In this document: positions 37,551-47,269 of the stretch, piece by piece
Layout of the letters: each line of letters begins with the position of its first letter
How positions within the stretch are numbered: the stretch's first letter is position 1
Notes under the pieces: generated by a model
What the model was told of the DNA's origin: nothing
Databases searched by the model: none
The model's input: the letters and a program-made list of their open reading frames with translations, nothing else
Translations under genes and position numbers: made by a program
Origin: Marinicella sp.
GTDB taxonomy: Bacteria; Pseudomonadota; Gammaproteobacteria; Xanthomonadales; Marinicellaceae
Length of the DNA: 64,000 bases
Reading direction: 5' to 3'
Assembly: GCA_965230295.1 (NCBI GenBank)
Contig: OZ246001.1
Span: 3,424,001 to 3,488,000 of the forward strand

Positions 37551-40500
37551 TGCTCACCTCCTTGGGCCAAGCCATTTTCTTTCCATTCGACGTTCTCCAT
37601 CTTGCGCACCACCACAAATTCATCCCGGTTGGAACCGACGGTGCCGTAATAGTTAAATCCATAGGACAGCTGGGCATAACCACCCACCATATGGGTGGGC
37701 TTAACCACCGCTCTGGTGACTGAGTTGTGGATACCACCCCGGTGGCCAGTGGCCTGGGAAATTGGGGTGTTGATGGTTTTCTCCTGGGCGTGGTACATCA
37801 TGCTCATGCCTTCAGGTACTCGCTGTGAAACCACAGCCCTGGCAGCAATGGCGCCGTTGACGTTATACAACTCGATCCAATCGTTGTCTTCGACACCAAT
37901 TTTTTCGGCATCAACTTCACTGATCCATACCACTGGACCACCACGATTCAGGGTCAACATCAACAAGTTTTCAGAATAGGTTGAATGAATGCCCCATTTT
38001 TGATGCGGGGTGATCCAGTTCAATACCACTTCTTTGTGACCGTTGGCTTTGGCCTGTTGAATCGGGGCCACGGTGCGGGTGTTGATGGGTGGTTTGTAGA
38101 CGCAGAATCCTTCTCCAAAATCTCGCAGCCACTTGTGATCTTGGTAGAAGTGCTGGCGTCCTGTTAAGGTTCGCCATGGAATCAATTCATGCACATTGGT
38201 GTAGCAAGCGTTGTAACTGACGTGCTCGTCTTCCAGGCCTGACCAAGTCGGAGAAGAGATGATTTTTCTGGGCTGCGCTTGGATATCGCGGAACCTGATT
38301 TTTTCATCTTCTTTGGGTTTGGCCAAATGGGTGTGATCACGTCCAGTGAATTTGCCCAGGGCTTCCCAGGCTTTGACAGCGACTTGTCCATTGGTTTCTG
38401 GCGCCAATGACAAGACCACTTCAGTGGCATCGATGTCAGATTCAATTTTTGGCATGCCTTTGGAAACACCTTCTTCGGTGACTTTCTGGTTCAAACGACC
38501 CAAGAATTCCACTTCATTTTTGGTGTCCCAGGCAATGCCTTTACCGCCATTGCCCAGTTTTTCCATCAACGGACCCACTGAAGTGAATTTCTTGTAGGTG
38601 TTGGGGTAATCCCGCTCTACCTCAACCAAATTGGGCATGGTTTTACCGGGAATCGGTTCGCATTCGCCTTTTTTCCATTCTTTAACATCCAGGGCTTGGG
38701 CCAATTCGCCCGGTGTGTCGTGTAATATGGGCACAGTCACCAGGTCTTTTTCGATACCCAAGTGACCCACACAAACTTGCGAGAATTTTTCAGCAAAGCC
38801 TTTGAAAATTTGCCAATCACTCTTAGACTCCCAAGCCGGATCAACCGCTTTGGATAAGGGGTGAATGAAAGGATGCATGTCAGAAGTGTTCAAATCGTTT
38901 TTTTCATACCAGGTGGCGGTTGGTAAAACGATGTCTGAATACAAGCAGGTGGTAGACATCCTGAAATCCAGTGTCACCACCAGGTCCAGTTTGCCCTCGG
39001 GTGCCTGTTCATGCCACCTCACTTCACTGGGTAAGGTTTTACCCATTTCGCCAATGTCTTGGCTCATCACGGCATTTTGGGTGCCCAACAAGTGTTTGAG
39101 CATGTATTCATGGCCTTTACCCGAAGAACCCAAGATGTTTGAACGCCAAATGAACATGTTGCGCGGGAAGTTGTCCGGGTTATCGGGGTCTTCACATGAG
39201 AAGGCCAAATCCCCTGATTTCAACTGCTCAACCGCAAATTCAGCGCAGGATTTTCCCGCGTTGGCAGCGTCTTTGGTCAGTTGTATGGGGTTTTGTTGTA
39301 ATTGTGGTGCTGAGGGTAACCAGCCCATGCGTTCAGAGCGCACATTACAATCAATCAATGAGGTGTTGCTCCATTCACTTTTATCTGCCAATGGCGATAA
39401 AATTTCATCGACTTCTAATTTTTCATAACGCCATTGGTTTGAATGGTTATAGAAAAATGAGGTGGAGTTCATTTGACGTGGTGGGCGGTGCCAATCAAGG
39501 CCAAAGGCCAGTGGCAGCCAACCGGTTTGTGGACGCAGTTTTTCCTGTCCGACATAATGGGCCCAACCACCACCGGATTTACCGACACAACCACACATCA
39601 TCAGCATGTTCATGATGCCTCGGTAGTTCATGTCCATGTTGTACCAATGGTTGATGGCGGCACCCAGGATGACCATGGAACGGCCGCGGGTTTTATCGGC
39701 ATTGTCGGCAAACTCTCTGGCAATCCTGATCACCACGTCTTTATCAACTCCGGTGATTTTTTCTTGCCAAGCTGGTGTGTAGGGCACATCATCATCAAAC
39801 GAGGTGGCACAGTTGTTATCATTCAGGCCTTGGTCAACACCATAATTGGCCATCATCAAATCAAACACAGTGGCAACCAATACTTCGCCATCTACGGTTT
39901 TCACTTTCCTGACAGGTACTTTGCGCTTGATGATTTCATCATGATCTGTGTGTTTGAAAATTTCCTGATCATGTTCTTCTGATGCAAAATAGGGGAATGA
40001 AACCTCAACCACATCATCATGGTTGTTGATCATTGATTTAAGTGGCCAAATTTCAGACCCGTCCTCGGTGTTCTTGGTTTCAAGGTTCCATTTTCCTTTG
40101 TCTTCACTCCAACGAGAACCGATGGTGCCATTGGGGGCGATGATCTGATTGCTCTTTTCATCAATCAACAAGGGTTTCCATTCAGCCTTATCAGCTTGAT
40201 TCAATTTGGCCACATCACTGGCCCTTAATGTCCGTCCAGCAGCATAGCCGGATTCATGTTGGTCCAATTTGATCAAAAACGGCATGTCGGTATAGGTACG
40301 ACAATAATCATCGAAATAATTACTGGGGTTGTCGCGGTGGAATTCAGTGAGGATGACATGTCCCATGGCCATGGCCAAAGCCGCATCGGTACCTTGTCTG
40401 GCTGGCATCCATTGGTCGCACAACTTGGCCACTTCTGAATAGTCAGGCGTTACAGCCACAGTTTTGGTACCTTTGTATCTGGCTTCAGTGAAGAAGTGCG

Positions 40501-41296
40501 CATCTGGTGTTCTGGTTTGAGGTACGTTAGAACCCCAAGCCATGATGTATGAAGAGTTGTACCAGTCAGCACTTTCAGGCACGTCTGTTTGTTCACCCCA
40601 AGTTTGAGGAGAAGAGGGTGGTAAATCACAATACCAATCATAGAAACTCATACAGGCGCCACCTATCAGTGACAAGTACCGACTGCCCGCAGCATATGAG
40701 ATCATACTCATGGCTGGAATCGGTGAGAAGCCTAAGATTCGATCGGGTCCATATTGTTTGATGGTGTGTACGTTGGATGCAGTGATGATTTCATTCACTT
40801 CATCCCATTCCGCACGAACAAATCCTCCTAAGCCCCTGATTGATTTATAAGATTGACAATCATCTTCATTGGCCATGATGGAGGCCCATGCATCCACCGG
40901 GTCAGAATGTTTGGCTTTGGCTTTGCGCCACAAGCGAATCAATCTCCCCCTGATCATGGGATACTTCAAACGTGTTGCACTGTATAAATACCAAGAATAA
41001 GATGCACCACGGGCACAACCACGTGGTTCATGATTGGGCAAATCTTCACGGGTTCTGGGATAGTCAGTTTGTTGGGTTTCCCAGGTGACCAAGCCCCGTT
41101 TCACATATATTTTCCAGCTACAAGATCCGGTACAGTTCACCCCATGGGTTGAACGGACAATTTTATCATGCGCCCAACGGTTGCGGTATGCACGTTCCCA
41201 ATCTCGGTTTTCATCGGTGGTGATGCCATGACCGTCAGAAAATTGTTCTGGTTTCTGTTTGGTTAAGTAAGTTAACCTGTCTAAAAATTGGCTCAT
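37547..41296 (-). CDS. narG: Respiratory nitrate reductase alpha subunit
   Basis: MS.FLDRL, RSTHGVNCTGSCSWK, FYDWYCDLP, TPHQKWGIHSTY. Confidence 0.98.
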   Translation of the reverse strand: MSQFLDRLTYLTKQKPEQFSDGHGITTDENRDWERAYRNRWAHDKIVRSTHGVNCTGSCSWKIYVKRGLVTWETQQTDYPRTREDLPNHEPRGCARGASYSWYLYSATRLKYPMIRGRLIRLWRKAKAKHSDPVDAWASIMANEDDCQSYKSIRGLGGFVRAEWDEVNEIITASNVHTIKQYGPDRILGFSPIPAMSMISYAAGSRYLSLIGGACMSFYDWYCDLPPSSPQTWGEQTDVPESADWYNSSYIMAWGSNVPQTRTPDAHFFTEARYKGTKTVAVTPDYSEVAKLCDQWMPARQGTDAALAMAMGHVILTEFHRDNPSNYFDDYCRTYTDMPFLIKLDQHESGYAAGRTLRASDVAKLNQADKAEWKPLLIDEKSNQIIAPNGTIGSRWSEDKGKWNLETKNTEDGSEIWPLKSMINNHDDVVEVSFPYFASEEHDQEIFKHTDHDEIIKRKVPVRKVKTVDGEVLVATVFDLMMANYGVDQGLNDNNCATSFDDDVPYTPAWQEKITGVDKDVVIRIAREFADNADKTRGRSMVILGAAINHWYNMDMNYRGIMNMLMMCGCVGKSGGGWAHYVGQEKLRPQTGWLPLAFGLDWHRPPRQMNSTSFFYNHSNQWRYEKLEVDEILSPLADKSEWSNTSLIDCNVRSERMGWLPSAPQLQQNPIQLTKDAANAGKSCAEFAVEQLKSGDLAFSCEDPDNPDNFPRNMFIWRSNILGSSGKGHEYMLKHLLGTQNAVMSQDIGEMGKTLPSEVRWHEQAPEGKLDLVVTLDFRMSTTCLYSDIVLPTATWYEKNDLNTSDMHPFIHPLSKAVDPAWESKSDWQIFKGFAEKFSQVCVGHLGIEKDLVTVPILHDTPGELAQALDVKEWKKGECEPIPGKTMPNLVEVERDYPNTYKKFTSVGPLMEKLGNGGKGIAWDTKNEVEFLGRLNQKVTEEGVSKGMPKIESDIDATEVVLSLAPETNGQVAVKAWEALGKFTGRDHTHLAKPKEDEKIRFRDIQAQPRKIISSPTWSGLEDEHVSYNACYTNVHELIPWRTLTGRQHFYQDHKWLRDFGEGFCVYKPPINTRTVAPIQQAKANGHKEVVLNWITPHQKWGIHSTYSENLLMLTLNRGGPVVWISEVDAEKIGVEDNDWIELYNVNGAIAARAVVSQRVPEGMSMMYHAQEKTINTPISQATGHRGGIHNSVTRAVVKPTHMVGGYAQLSYGFNYYGTVGSNRDEFVVVRKMENVEWKENGLAQGGEQ

Positions 41297-41345
41297 TTTA
41301 AAACCCTCAGTTTAATTAATTTCATAGTTAGTCGACCTCACTCAA

Positions 41346-42962
41346 TCATGGGTTGTGGAATTCTGCATTGCTGCGCATGTAGAACCACCAGTTCAATAAC
41401 AAACAAACTGCATAGAAAATAGCAAATCCATACAAGGCGTATTCTGGTGTGGTTAATTTAATTTGCTCTCCCAGGATTTTTGGAATCAGGAAGGCGCCGT
41501 AAGCCGCGACTGCTGAAGTCCAGCCTAAAACAGGCCCGGCTTGTTCTTTGTTGAAGATCACAGCAATGGTTTTAAAAGTTGAACCATTGCCGATGCCGGT
41601 GGCTGTGAATAACAACAAGAACAGCAAGAAAAATGGTAAAAAATATTCCTCAGGTGTGGCACTGACATAGGCTTGTTGCATGAAATAGGCGACCCCCAAA
41701 GCGCTACCGATCATCACAATGGAAACGTACTGTGTCACTTTCGCGCCACCAATTTTGTCAGCAATGATGCCGCCCACAGGCCTGATCAATGCACCAATGA
41801 AAGGGCCCATCCAGGCATACATCAAAGCGCTGGGACCATTGGCGTTGACGGTGTTGTGGGTCATCACACCATCAACCATGATGTGTTGGTAACCGAAAAT
41901 CACTTTGATGGCCAAGGCGAATCCGGCTGAGTAACCAATGAAAGACCCGAAAGTCATGGTGTAGATAACGGTCATGACCCAAGTGTGTTTGTTGCCAAAG
42001 ATTTGATACTGCCTGGTTAAGTTGCGACCGATAGGTCCAGGAATGATTTTCAATAGAACCACAGTCATCACAATGACAATCGGTAGGACGATGAACTTAT
42101 CTAATTCAATACCTGAACCACCCATTTTGGCAGGTAACATCAACCACAGCCCAAAAGCTGCAGTGGCCAAGCCAATGGCCAACATGAAAAGAATCTTGGC
42201 AAATGCAGGGAAGGGTGAGCCGATATCTGGAGACACGTGTTCATCTTTGATGTTGTTCATGCCCAACCAGGTGGCGAATGCCAATGGCACCAACAACAGA
42301 ACCCAAACAAATCCGGCATTTTGAATGTATGTTTCGGTACCTGCCGCAATTTTGCCAATCAAGGTACCACTGGTGTTTTGCAGCGTCATTGAATCGCCAC
42401 CTAAGGCGCCGAACAAAGCAAAAGTCATCACCAACGGGACCAAAATTTGCATGGTGGTCACACCGAAGTTGCCCAATCCAGCATTCATGCCCAAAGAATA
42501 TCCTTGGACCTTTTTGGGGTAAAAGTAACTGATGTTTGACATCGATGAGGCGAAGTTACCGCCACCAAAACCACTCAACAATGCCCATAATTGGAACTGC
42601 CAAAGTGGGGTGTCTGGGTTTTGTAAAGCAAAGCCAGCACCCAAAGCAGGAATGATCAATAAGGATGTGGTCAGGAAAATGGTATTCCGACCGCCAGCAA
42701 TCCTGATAAAGAAGGTACTGGGTATGCGTAAGGTGGCACCAGAAAGGCCAGCAATGGCAGCCAAAGTAAACAGTTCAGCTTTCTCGAAAGGAAAGCCCAA
42801 GTTCATCATTTGGACGGTGATGATGCCCCAATACAACCAAACGGCAAATCCGCACAACAGTGCGGGTATTGATATCCATAAATTTCTTGTGGCAGTTTTT
42901 TTGCCATAGGCTTCCCATTGTTGTTCGTCTTCGGGATTCCAGCCTGTTAAGTCTTTAGCCAT
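41346..42962 (-). CDS. narK: NarK2-type nitrate/nitrite transporter (MFS)
   Basis: W.PED...W, RNLWISIP, GGGNFASSM.NI, TFGSFIGYS, GIGNGSTF. Confidence 0.93.
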   Translation of the reverse strand: MAKDLTGWNPEDEQQWEAYGKKTATRNLWISIPALLCGFAVWLYWGIITVQMMNLGFPFEKAELFTLAAIAGLSGATLRIPSTFFIRIAGGRNTIFLTTSLLIIPALGAGFALQNPDTPLWQFQLWALLSGFGGGNFASSMSNISYFYPKKVQGYSLGMNAGLGNFGVTTMQILVPLVMTFALFGALGGDSMTLQNTSGTLIGKIAAGTETYIQNAGFVWVLLLVPLAFATWLGMNNIKDEHVSPDIGSPFPAFAKILFMLAIGLATAAFGLWLMLPAKMGGSGIELDKFIVLPIVIVMTVVLLKIIPGPIGRNLTRQYQIFGNKHTWVMTVIYTMTFGSFIGYSAGFALAIKVIFGYQHIMVDGVMTHNTVNANGPSALMYAWMGPFIGALIRPVGGIIADKIGGAKVTQYVSIVMIGSALGVAYFMQQAYVSATPEEYFLPFFLLFLLLFTATGIGNGSTFKTIAVIFNKEQAGPVLGWTSAVAAYGAFLIPKILGEQIKLTTPEYALYGFAIFYAVCLLLNWWFYMRSNAEFHNP

Positions 42963-42982
42963 TGCTATGCTCCAGTTAAATA

Positions 42983-43017
42983 AAAAGTCCTGAGCAGTTG
43001 ATTGCCAACTGCTCAGG
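42983..43017 (-). terminator. Strong stem-loop with T-tract between narK1 and narK2
   Basis: CCTGAGCAGTTG-N5-CAACTGCTCAGG (perfect 12-bp stem) followed by ACTTTTT on the minus strand. Confidence 0.6.
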
Positions 43018-43027
43018 GGTATTAAAG

Positions 43028-44329
43028 TCAGTGTTTGACGTTGCGTAATTCAGGTAAATATCCGGGTTTGTCCAGATCAGGATTGGCTTCTTTGTCGGCC
43101 CGCAGGATGGCAAAGTGCATCCAGATCAAGGCCACGCCAATGATCACGGTTAACAGCATGAAACAACTGGTCCAAACACCTATCATGTCATTCATCAAGC
43201 CGAACAGTATGGGCAGGATGAAACCGCCCAAACCTCCAATCAAACCCACGATGCCGCCGACTGAGCCAACATTGTTTGGGTAGTAATGTGGAATGTGTTT
43301 GTAAACCGCCGCTTTACCTAATGACATGAAAAATCCCAAGATGATGGTGATGGTTACAAACAACCACAGAGGAATGGTGATGTTGAACTGGATGGGGCCG
43401 TTGATGCCGGCTACGGTGTAGTCGGTTGCAGGGTAAGAGAGGAAGAAGGTGCAAATCACACAGGCAATGAAAGTCCAGTACATGACTTTTCTGGCCCCCA
43501 CTTTGTCTGACAGCCAGCCACCCAAAGCCCTGAAGATGGACCCTGGCAAGGCATAGCAAGCAGCTAAAAAGCCCGCAGTGGCGAGTTCTAAGCCATAGGC
43601 GCCTACATAGTACCTGGGCAACCACAGGGCCAGTGCCACATAGGCACCAAAGACAAAGAAGTAATACAGTGAAAAACGCCAAACCTGGATGTTTTTCAAA
43701 GGTTTAAGCTGTTCCATGAATGGTCTGGCTTTGGTTTTTTCACCTGAGTGTGCAGGGTCGGTTTTGGTGGTCAGGAAGAACAAAATGGCGGTCACTGCCA
43801 AGATGGCGGCGTAGACCAAGACCACATTTTGCCAAACACCGCCTAAGGCAACCAATAAGATAGGTGCTCCAAAGTTGGTGATGGCTGCACCGACATTACC
43901 CACACCAAAGATGCCCAATGCAGTGCCTTGCTTGTTGTCTGGGTACCAAGAAGAAACATAGGCGATGCCGACAGCAAATGATCCACCGGCCAGTCCCAAC
44001 CCCAATGCGCCAAGCAGGTACATTTCATAAGAGGTTGCTTTGGTCAAGAAAAATGCCGCCAAAGCAGTGGTCAACATTTGAATGGTGTAGACAATGCGGC
44101 CACCATATTGGTCGGTCCAAATCCCTAAAAACAAACGACTTAAAGAACCCGTTAATATGGGGGTGGCCACCAAGACACCGAATTGGGTATCTGTCAAGCC
44201 CAATTCGGCTTTGATTTTGATACCAATGATAGAAAAAATAGTCCACACAGCAAAACAAACAGTGAATGCCAGGGTACTGGTTATCAATGCTCTGTTTTGG
44301 TCACTTTGAGGAACTTGATCTAAGTTCAT
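43028..44329 (-). CDS. narK: NarK1-type nitrate transporter (MFS)
   Basis: STLAFTVCFAVW..FS..G, P.LTGSL.R, GLAGGSF..G, GTALGIFG.GN.G, YFFVFG; ATG at 44329 with GGAG RBS. Confidence 0.93.
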   Translation of the reverse strand: MNLDQVPQSDQNRALITSTLAFTVCFAVWTIFSIIGIKIKAELGLTDTQFGVLVATPILTGSLSRLFLGIWTDQYGGRIVYTIQMLTTALAAFFLTKATSYEMYLLGALGLGLAGGSFAVGIAYVSSWYPDNKQGTALGIFGVGNVGAAITNFGAPILLVALGGVWQNVVLVYAAILAVTAILFFLTTKTDPAHSGEKTKARPFMEQLKPLKNIQVWRFSLYYFFVFGAYVALALWLPRYYVGAYGLELATAGFLAACYALPGSIFRALGGWLSDKVGARKVMYWTFIACVICTFFLSYPATDYTVAGINGPIQFNITIPLWLFVTITIILGFFMSLGKAAVYKHIPHYYPNNVGSVGGIVGLIGGLGGFILPILFGLMNDMIGVWTSCFMLLTVIIGVALIWMHFAILRADKEANPDLDKPGYLPELRNVKH

Positions 44330-44395
44330 GTTTGTCACTCCTGGTTTAAAAATCTGGTTCGGGTGACATTTTTGTTGAAACTTGATGCTTTGTAC

Positions 44396-44409
44396 TTGAC
44401 GCAAGTCAA
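44396..44409. promoter_or_regulatory. FNR/Crp-family binding site TTGAC-GCAA-GTCAA
   Basis: Perfect 5-4-5 palindrome in the 140-bp divergent narK1/regulator interval. Confidence 0.75.
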
Positions 44410-44469
44410 TAATTTTAATTTAGTCACAGGCTATGATGAAACCATGAGGATTTTCTGTAAAATAAAAGA

Positions 44470-46053
44470 ATGAAAAGCGAAGCCAATCTCAACAGTTTGT
44501 TACATACATTGAGCCAAATCATTCATTGTTTCCAACTTGAGCGTGGTAGTTTATGTTTGTACTTATGCGCCCCCACAGATGAAAACCTAAAAAGATTAGA
44601 GTTAAGTGTAAATAACAGCGATAACCAACTGAATTTACTTAATAAATATTTAAGTTGTTCAAGTTCAAAGTTGAATGATAAGCAATTAAACAGCACACAA
44701 AAATTAGCCCATGCCATTGAGGCATTCCATGTTAAATCTTCTTTTCGCCAAGAGATATCAATGTGTGATCTTGATATTGCTGAGGTGGTACCTTTATATA
44801 CCTACAGTTTAATCATTCACCTCATTTACAAATTAATTGAGCTGGCCTTGTTTGAAGAATCCGTGGTGCCATCAGAAGTCAGTGCCTTATCGAATTACAT
44901 CAACTGGAAAGAACGGATAGGACGAGAAAGGGCTTTGGGTGTCATTGGTTTTACTACCGGAGAATTTGATTCTGATGTTTTTCTCAGAGATTTTAAAATA
45001 CTGCTGGATGAACAAGAAATCAATAAGTCATCATTTTTGGCCCTGGCCAGCCCATCTCAGAGTGCCATGTTTAACAACATGTATTCGACTCAGAAGGACA
45101 TCAAAGCCTTTCACCAACAAATGGATACAGGTGACCAACCCCAGCTTGATGCCGAATTTTGGTTTGGAGTTGTCAGCACCAAGATGGACATGATGCATGG
45201 CATAGAGTTGGCTTTGATTGATCAATTTTCTAAACAAGACAAAGAGAACATAGAACCGCAAAATCACCATTTGTTTGCAGTTGGAGATATTCAAATGGTG
45301 TCTGAATTTCCCATGTTCAGGAATCTGTCAGAAAACATCAAACAGACTTTATTCAAATCAAGCAATTTAAGAAATTATAAAAAGGGCAGTCTGTTGTTTT
45401 TAGAAGGCGAGCAAGCCACCCGTATCTTTGTGGTCGTCAGTGGCTGGGTGAAAATTTATAAAAGTGCCTTGGATGGTCAGGAAAGCATTGAATACATGCT
45501 TACCACAGGAGATGTGGTGATTGAATCGTCGATTTTTACCAGCAGCATATACAACAACAGTGCTCAAGTCAGTTCAGAAGCCAAGTTGCTTTCGTTTCCA
45601 GCCGCCATTTATCGTAATTTGATCAGTAAAGACCTGACTTTGGCATTGAATTCATTGAAATACCTGTCACAAAGTTCTGCCAAATACCAAAGTCAAATTG
45701 ACAGCAATCGATTGAAATCATCAAAAGAACGGGTGGGACAGTTTTTGTTGCGGGAATTTGTAAAACAAAAGAATCCAAATACCATTTTATTACCTTACGA
45801 AAAAACCATCATAGCGTCTGTGTTGGATATGAAGCCTGAAACGTTTTCTCGATCATTGAAATCACTGAAAAAAGAAGGGCTGACGTCTGAAAAACAACAG
45901 ATTCAAGTAAAGAACATCAAAACACTGTGTAGCTTCTGTGATAAAGAGATCGCAGCCAGTTGCCAATTCAAGGATAAACATGACTGCAGTTTCGAAAAAA
46001 ACACTCCTCGATTATCACAAAACGCTAGAGATCCTCTCAGAAGTCGCCCTTAA
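44470..46053 (+). CDS. NIT (nitrate/nitrite-sensing) domain fused to a Crp/Fnr-family transcriptional regulator
   Basis: N-half has IH..Q.ERG...YL, KE..GRERA.G and WF...S.K.D....IE (NIT). C-half has P.F..LS, KKG..LF.EG, V.SGWVK, IAS.L.M.PETFSR (cNMP-fold + Crp HTH). C-terminal Cx2Cx7Cx7C. Confidence 0.85.
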   Translation: MKSEANLNSLLHTLSQIIHCFQLERGSLCLYLCAPTDENLKRLELSVNNSDNQLNLLNKYLSCSSSKLNDKQLNSTQKLAHAIEAFHVKSSFRQEISMCDLDIAEVVPLYTYSLIIHLIYKLIELALFEESVVPSEVSALSNYINWKERIGRERALGVIGFTTGEFDSDVFLRDFKILLDEQEINKSSFLALASPSQSAMFNNMYSTQKDIKAFHQQMDTGDQPQLDAEFWFGVVSTKMDMMHGIELALIDQFSKQDKENIEPQNHHLFAVGDIQMVSEFPMFRNLSENIKQTLFKSSNLRNYKKGSLLFLEGEQATRIFVVVSGWVKIYKSALDGQESIEYMLTTGDVVIESSIFTSSIYNNSAQVSSEAKLLSFPAAIYRNLISKDLTLALNSLKYLSQSSAKYQSQIDSNRLKSSKERVGQFLLREFVKQKNPNTILLPYEKTIIASVLDMKPETFSRSLKSLKKEGLTSEKQQIQVKNIKTLCSFCDKEIAASCQFKDKHDCSFEKNTPRLSQNARDPLRSRP

Positions 46054-47269
46054 TCACACATCTTTTTGCACCAGTGAATCCATACAAGTGGTTGATGCGG
46101 TTGGTCGCATTGCAGCAGAGGAGGTTACTTCAGGCATTGATGTGCCTTCTTTCAATAATTCAGCCATGGATGGATTTGCGGTGGATGCAACCACAGTGAA
46201 TCAACAATTGCAAAATGCAACTGAGGCCAAGATTCATGTGGTTGGTCAAATTCAAGCCGGCGACAAAAGCGAAATTGACATCAGTGAAGAAGGAAAAAAT
46301 GCCTGGGAAATCATGACAGGGGCACCTGTTCCTGCCATGTTTGATGCTGTGATACCCATTGAACAGATGAAGGTTGAACAGCATGATGAAAGTACTGTGA
46401 TTATCATCAATCAATCCGTTCGTTCAGGTCAAAATGTTCGCATGTCCGGAACAGATTACCAACAAGGACAGAAGGTCATTAGCAAACACACAGTGATTCA
46501 CCCACAACATGTGATGGCATTGGCTACAGTAGGCGCCAAGCAAATTAATGTTCTTAAACAGATACCCGTGGCCATTTTTTCAACTGGGAATGAACTCTCA
46601 GAGCGTTCAAGTAATGAACTGGCTTCCGGTAAAATTTTCAACTCTAATCAACCGTTTCTACAATCCTACTTGCAAGACATCACCTGCCAGCCGGTGTTTG
46701 TCTCCAGTTGTCAGGACATCGAAGGGCAGTTTGAAGAACTGTTGGAAGATGCCAAGAGGCATGAGGTAAAAATTGTTTTTTCGACTGGGGCTGTGTCCAT
46801 GGGGCGGTATGACTTTATTCCGAAAGTCTTAGAGAAAAAAGGGGCTGTTATTCACTTTCACAAAGCCAAAGTACGTCCTGGTAAGCCCATTTTGTTTGCG
46901 GAACTGCCCGATGGCACATTGTATTTTGGCTTGCCAGGCAATCCCATCGCAGCCGCTTCAGGTGTCAGGTTCTTTGCCACACCCTTTATCCGGAAAATGC
47001 AAGGATTGCACGAAGAACCTTTGGTTAAGGCTGTATTGAGTCAAGATGTTGATAAAAAACAAGGGTTCAGAACTTTTGCCAAAGCCCGTGCATGGATATC
47101 TGAAAGTGGGCAACTGAAAGTAGATATGTTGGTTGGTCAGGGTTCATTTCAAACCCATTCTTTTGCGCAATCCAATTGTTGGTTGGTTCTGCCGGAAGAT
47201 GCAGAACACATCAAAGCAGGAGAGTTGGTTGACTTGCTCCCAATGGCGCCTGGTGCTTTGACAGTATGA
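45980..47269 (+). CDS. moeA: Molybdopterin molybdotransferase
   Basis: P.FNNSAMDGFA, IMTGAPVP, STGNEL, TGAVSMG.YD, RPGKP, GLPGNP; ATG at 45980 after AAGGA, overlapping the regulator's 3' end. Confidence 0.95.
   Translation: MTAVSKKTLLDYHKTLEILSEVALNHTSFCTSESIQVVDAVGRIAAEEVTSGIDVPSFNNSAMDGFAVDATTVNQQLQNATEAKIHVVGQIQAGDKSEIDISEEGKNAWEIMTGAPVPAMFDAVIPIEQMKVEQHDESTVIIINQSVRSGQNVRMSGTDYQQGQKVISKHTVIHPQHVMALATVGAKQINVLKQIPVAIFSTGNELSERSSNELASGKIFNSNQPFLQSYLQDITCQPVFVSSCQDIEGQFEELLEDAKRHEVKIVFSTGAVSMGRYDFIPKVLEKKGAVIHFHKAKVRPGKPILFAELPDGTLYFGLPGNPIAAASGVRFFATPFIRKMQGLHEEPLVKAVLSQDVDKKQGFRTFAKARAWISESGQLKVDMLVGQGSFQTHSFAQSNCWLVLPEDAEHIKAGELVDLLPMAPGALTV

Noticed and set aside
44330-44404. N-terminal extension of narK1 given by the ORF track (start 44404)
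   Set aside because: That TTG lies inside the operator palindrome, whereas ATG 44329 has a GGAG RBS.
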